A DNA stretch of 38,100 nucleotides from the NCBI GenBank assembly GCA_947625925.1, contig CANQQC010000001.1, positions 1 to 38,100 on the forward strand. Direction: 5' to 3'. This document shows, piece by piece, positions 36,049-38,100 of the stretch; positions within the stretch are counted from its first letter, which is position 1, and each line of letters opens with the position of its first letter. This DNA comes from an uncultured Clostridia bacterium (GTDB lineage: Bacteria; Bacillota; Clostridia; TANB77; CAG-508). The position numbers and the translations under genes were made by a program. The notes under the pieces were generated by a model, which saw only the letters and a program-made list of their open reading frames with translations, did no database searches and had not been told where the DNA came from.

Positions 36049-38100
36049 TTAAATTCTTATTGTATTAAATATTGTAATTAAAGTAACTCCAACATCAGCA
36101 AATACAGCTTCCCACATATCTGCTATTCCAAATAAACTTAATAATAATATTGCAATTTTTACACCTATTGAAAATAATAGATTTTGTATAATTATTTTAT
36201 TTGTTCTTTTAGATATTTTTATCGCATCAGAAACTTTAATGATTTCATCTGTCATAATAACAACATCTGACGCTTCAATTGCACTACCAGAACCAATTCC
36301 ACCCATTGAAATTCCAATATCTGATCTTGCTAAAACTGGACTATCGTTTATCCCATCACCAACATATGCTACTTTTTTATTAGCTTTTAGTTCTTTTTCC
36401 AATTCTTTATATTTATCAGTTGGTAACATTTCATATTTAACATTTTTTATTCCTAATTTCTTTGCTATTTTAATAGCTACTTCTTTTTTATCTCCTGTGA
36501 ACATTTTTGTCTTAATATTTTGTATATTCAATTCTACTAAAGCATTTTTTGCATCTTTTTTTATTTCATCATTTATTATAATTTTACTAACTATTTCCTC
36601 ATCTATTTTTAAATAGATTATAGTTCCTTCTTTTTCTTTTTCAGTTTTTTGTTGAACAAAATCCGCATTTCCTATTTTTATTTTTTTATCTTCATATTCA
36701 TATTTAATTCCTTTTCCAGAAACTTCTTCAAAGTTTTTTACATTTTTTGTTTTTACGGATTTTCCAATTTCTTCGTTTGCCTTTTTTATAATTGATTCTG
36801 CAATAGGATGTTTTGATAAACTCTCTCCCATTGCTAAATATGTAAACACTTCATTTTTAGTATATTTTTCATTAAATATTTCTATCTTTTCTACTTCAAA
36901 TTTTCCTGTTGTTATTGTTCCTGTTTTATCAAATATTACTTCATCAACATCTTTTAATCCATCTAAATAGTCACTACCTTTTATAAGTATTCCTCTTTTA
37001 GATGCTTTACCTATTCCTGTGAAATATGAAAGTGGTACAGATATTGCAATAGAACAAGGACATGAAATTACCAAAAATATCAAAGCTTTATATATACTTT
37101 CTGCATAAGTTACACTTTTTAAAAATATTGGCATAGTTACTCCAACTAATAGAGCTAAACCTAATACTATTGGTGTATATATTTTTGCTGCTTTAGCTAC
37201 AAAAGTTTCTGTTTTTGCTTTTTTATCTGTTGCATTTTCAACTAAATTTAATATTTGATTTACTGTACTATTTTCATAATCTTTTGTTACCTTAACTTCT
37301 ATAACTCCTTCAACATTTATTCCTCCTGAAATAACTACAGAATCTTTAGAAACTTTTACAAGTTTACTTTCACCTGTTAAAGAAGAATTATCTAATTTTG
37401 TTTCACCTTTTTTAACTACTCCATCAAGTGGTATTTTTTCTCCAACTTTAATTACAATTATATCTCCAACCTTAACTTTGTTAGGCTGTACTTTTTTAAT
37501 TTTATCATCTTTTTTTAAGTTAGCATATTCAGGTTTTATATCCATTAAATCTGTAATTGATTTTCTTGTCTTGTTAATAGCTTTTGACTCTAAAATTTTT
37601 CCTATTTCATATAATGTAATTACCATAATTCCTTCAGTAGCTTTATTTACAAAAAAAGCACCAATACATGAAATCAATATTAAAGTATTTTCATCTAATA
37701 CCCTGTTTCTAAATATTTGTTTAAAAGCTTTTTTTGCAGTTTTTGATAATAGAATTACTAGAGATATTATTGTAAAAAGATTATATACAATACTAATTTT
37801 TTCAAATAATATTCCTATCAAAAACATCAGGATACCTAAAATTATCCTATAAATATCATTTGAATTTCTCTCTACATCATTTATTTCTTCATTATCTTCA
37901 AATAGTCTAACATCAGGTTCAATTGATTGAATCTTTTTTTCTAATTCATCTTTTATATTCCCTTCCATTTGTGTTTTTAATGAAATTTTTGATGTTGAAA
38001 AATTGACTGTTACATCATTATATTCTTTCATTTTTTGAAGTTTTTCTTCTACTTCTCTTGCACAATTTGCACAGTCTAATCCTTTAATAGTAAATCTATA
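36049..38100 (-). CDS. cadA: P1B-2 type heavy-metal (Zn2+/Cd2+/Pb2+) translocating ATPase; the 5' end lies beyond the window end
   Basis: Carries SCPCSIAISVP, DKTGT, GDGINDSP and a DVG (DxG) motif in the last TM helix. The reading frame stays open upstream of ORF-track start 38031 to position 38100 (…YRFTIKGLDCANCAREVEEKLQKMKEYND…), which adds an HMA-like domain. The gene symbol is by family only. Confidence 0.8.
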   Translation of the reverse strand, partial: YRFTIKGLDCANCAREVEEKLQKMKEYNDVTVNFSTSKISLKTQMEGNIKDELEKKIQSIEPDVRLFEDNEEINDVERNSNDIYRIILGILMFLIGILFEKISIVYNLFTIISLVILLSKTAKKAFKQIFRNRVLDENTLILISCIGAFFVNKATEGIMVITLYEIGKILESKAINKTRKSITDLMDIKPEYANLKKDDKIKKVQPNKVKVGDIIVIKVGEKIPLDGVVKKGETKLDNSSLTGESKLVKVSKDSVVISGGINVEGVIEVKVTKDYENSTVNQILNLVENATDKKAKTETFVAKAAKIYTPIVLGLALLVGVTMPIFLKSVTYAESIYKALIFLVISCPCSIAISVPLSYFTGIGKASKRGILIKGSDYLDGLKDVDEVIFDKTGTITTGKFEVEKIEIFNEKYTKNEVFTYLAMGESLSKHPIAESIIKKANEEIGKSVKTKNVKNFEEVSGKGIKYEYEDKKIKIGNADFVQQKTEKEKEGTIIYLKIDEEIVSKIIINDEIKKDAKNALVELNIQNIKTKMFTGDKKEVAIKIAKKLGIKNVKYEMLPTDKYKELEKELKANKKVAYVGDGINDSPVLARSDIGISMGGIGSGSAIEASDVVIMTDEIIKVSDAIKISKRTNKIIIQNLLFSIGVKIAILLLSLFGIADMWEAVFADVGVTLITIFNTIRI

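Noticed and set aside
1-38100. Mobile elements, prophage remnants, CRISPR arrays, toxin-antitoxin pairs, retron/DGR-like reverse transcriptases, defence islands, tRNA/rRNA genes
   Set aside because: No transposase, integrase or reverse transcriptase ORF is present. I saw no long direct or inverted repeats flanking any block, no regularly spaced repeats, and no G/C-rich structured RNA-like islands in the intergenic gaps. Every ORF of 60 aa or longer on the coding strand is assignable to a housekeeping or metal-homeostasis family.

Overview
This is a 38.1 kb chromosomal segment from a very AT-rich Firmicute. SigH and a spore photoproduct lyase point to a Clostridia-like organism. About 37 tightly packed genes are present, and all but purE-purC lie on the minus strand. 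I saw no rRNA, tRNA, CRISPR array, IS element, integrase, phage gene or recognisable defence gene.

Gene content in window order:
- ilvE (partial) and leuA
- a NUDIX hydrolase
- a copper locus: copZ, a frameshifted copA, and a DUF2318-like Cys-rich membrane protein
- ispE-ispD and rdgB
- an HMA/DsbD_2/cupredoxin-like membrane protein
- ogt, and a LexA-box-controlled Y-family polymerase with a frameshifted yolD-like gene
- bioY and an acyl-ACP thioesterase
- a split purine cluster: purE-purC on the plus strand; purH-splB and purM-purL-purD-purN-purF on the minus strand
- a DUF362 protein and a nudix/GIY-YIG/mntP unit
- asnS, and a trx-like/ccdA/trxA thiol module
- a TSCPD mini-protein, an HD hydrolase and a PHP phosphoesterase
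- sigH, a GH18 hydrolase and a Zn/Cd-type P1B ATPase (truncated by the window end)

I found no convincing new multi-gene system; the region looks like core genome. The best second-look items are:
1. A well-formed leader-peptide transcription attenuator upstream of leuA-ilvE. It has a Leu/Ile-rich 21-aa ORF, a triple UAA, and alternative 1:2, 2:3 and 3:4 pairings.
2. Two single-base frameshifts, one in copA and one in the yolD-like gene.
3. Metal-handling genes of unknown function in unusual contexts.
4. splB apparently co-transcribed with purH.

All calls come from reading the translations and the sequence by eye. No database search or folding computation was run.
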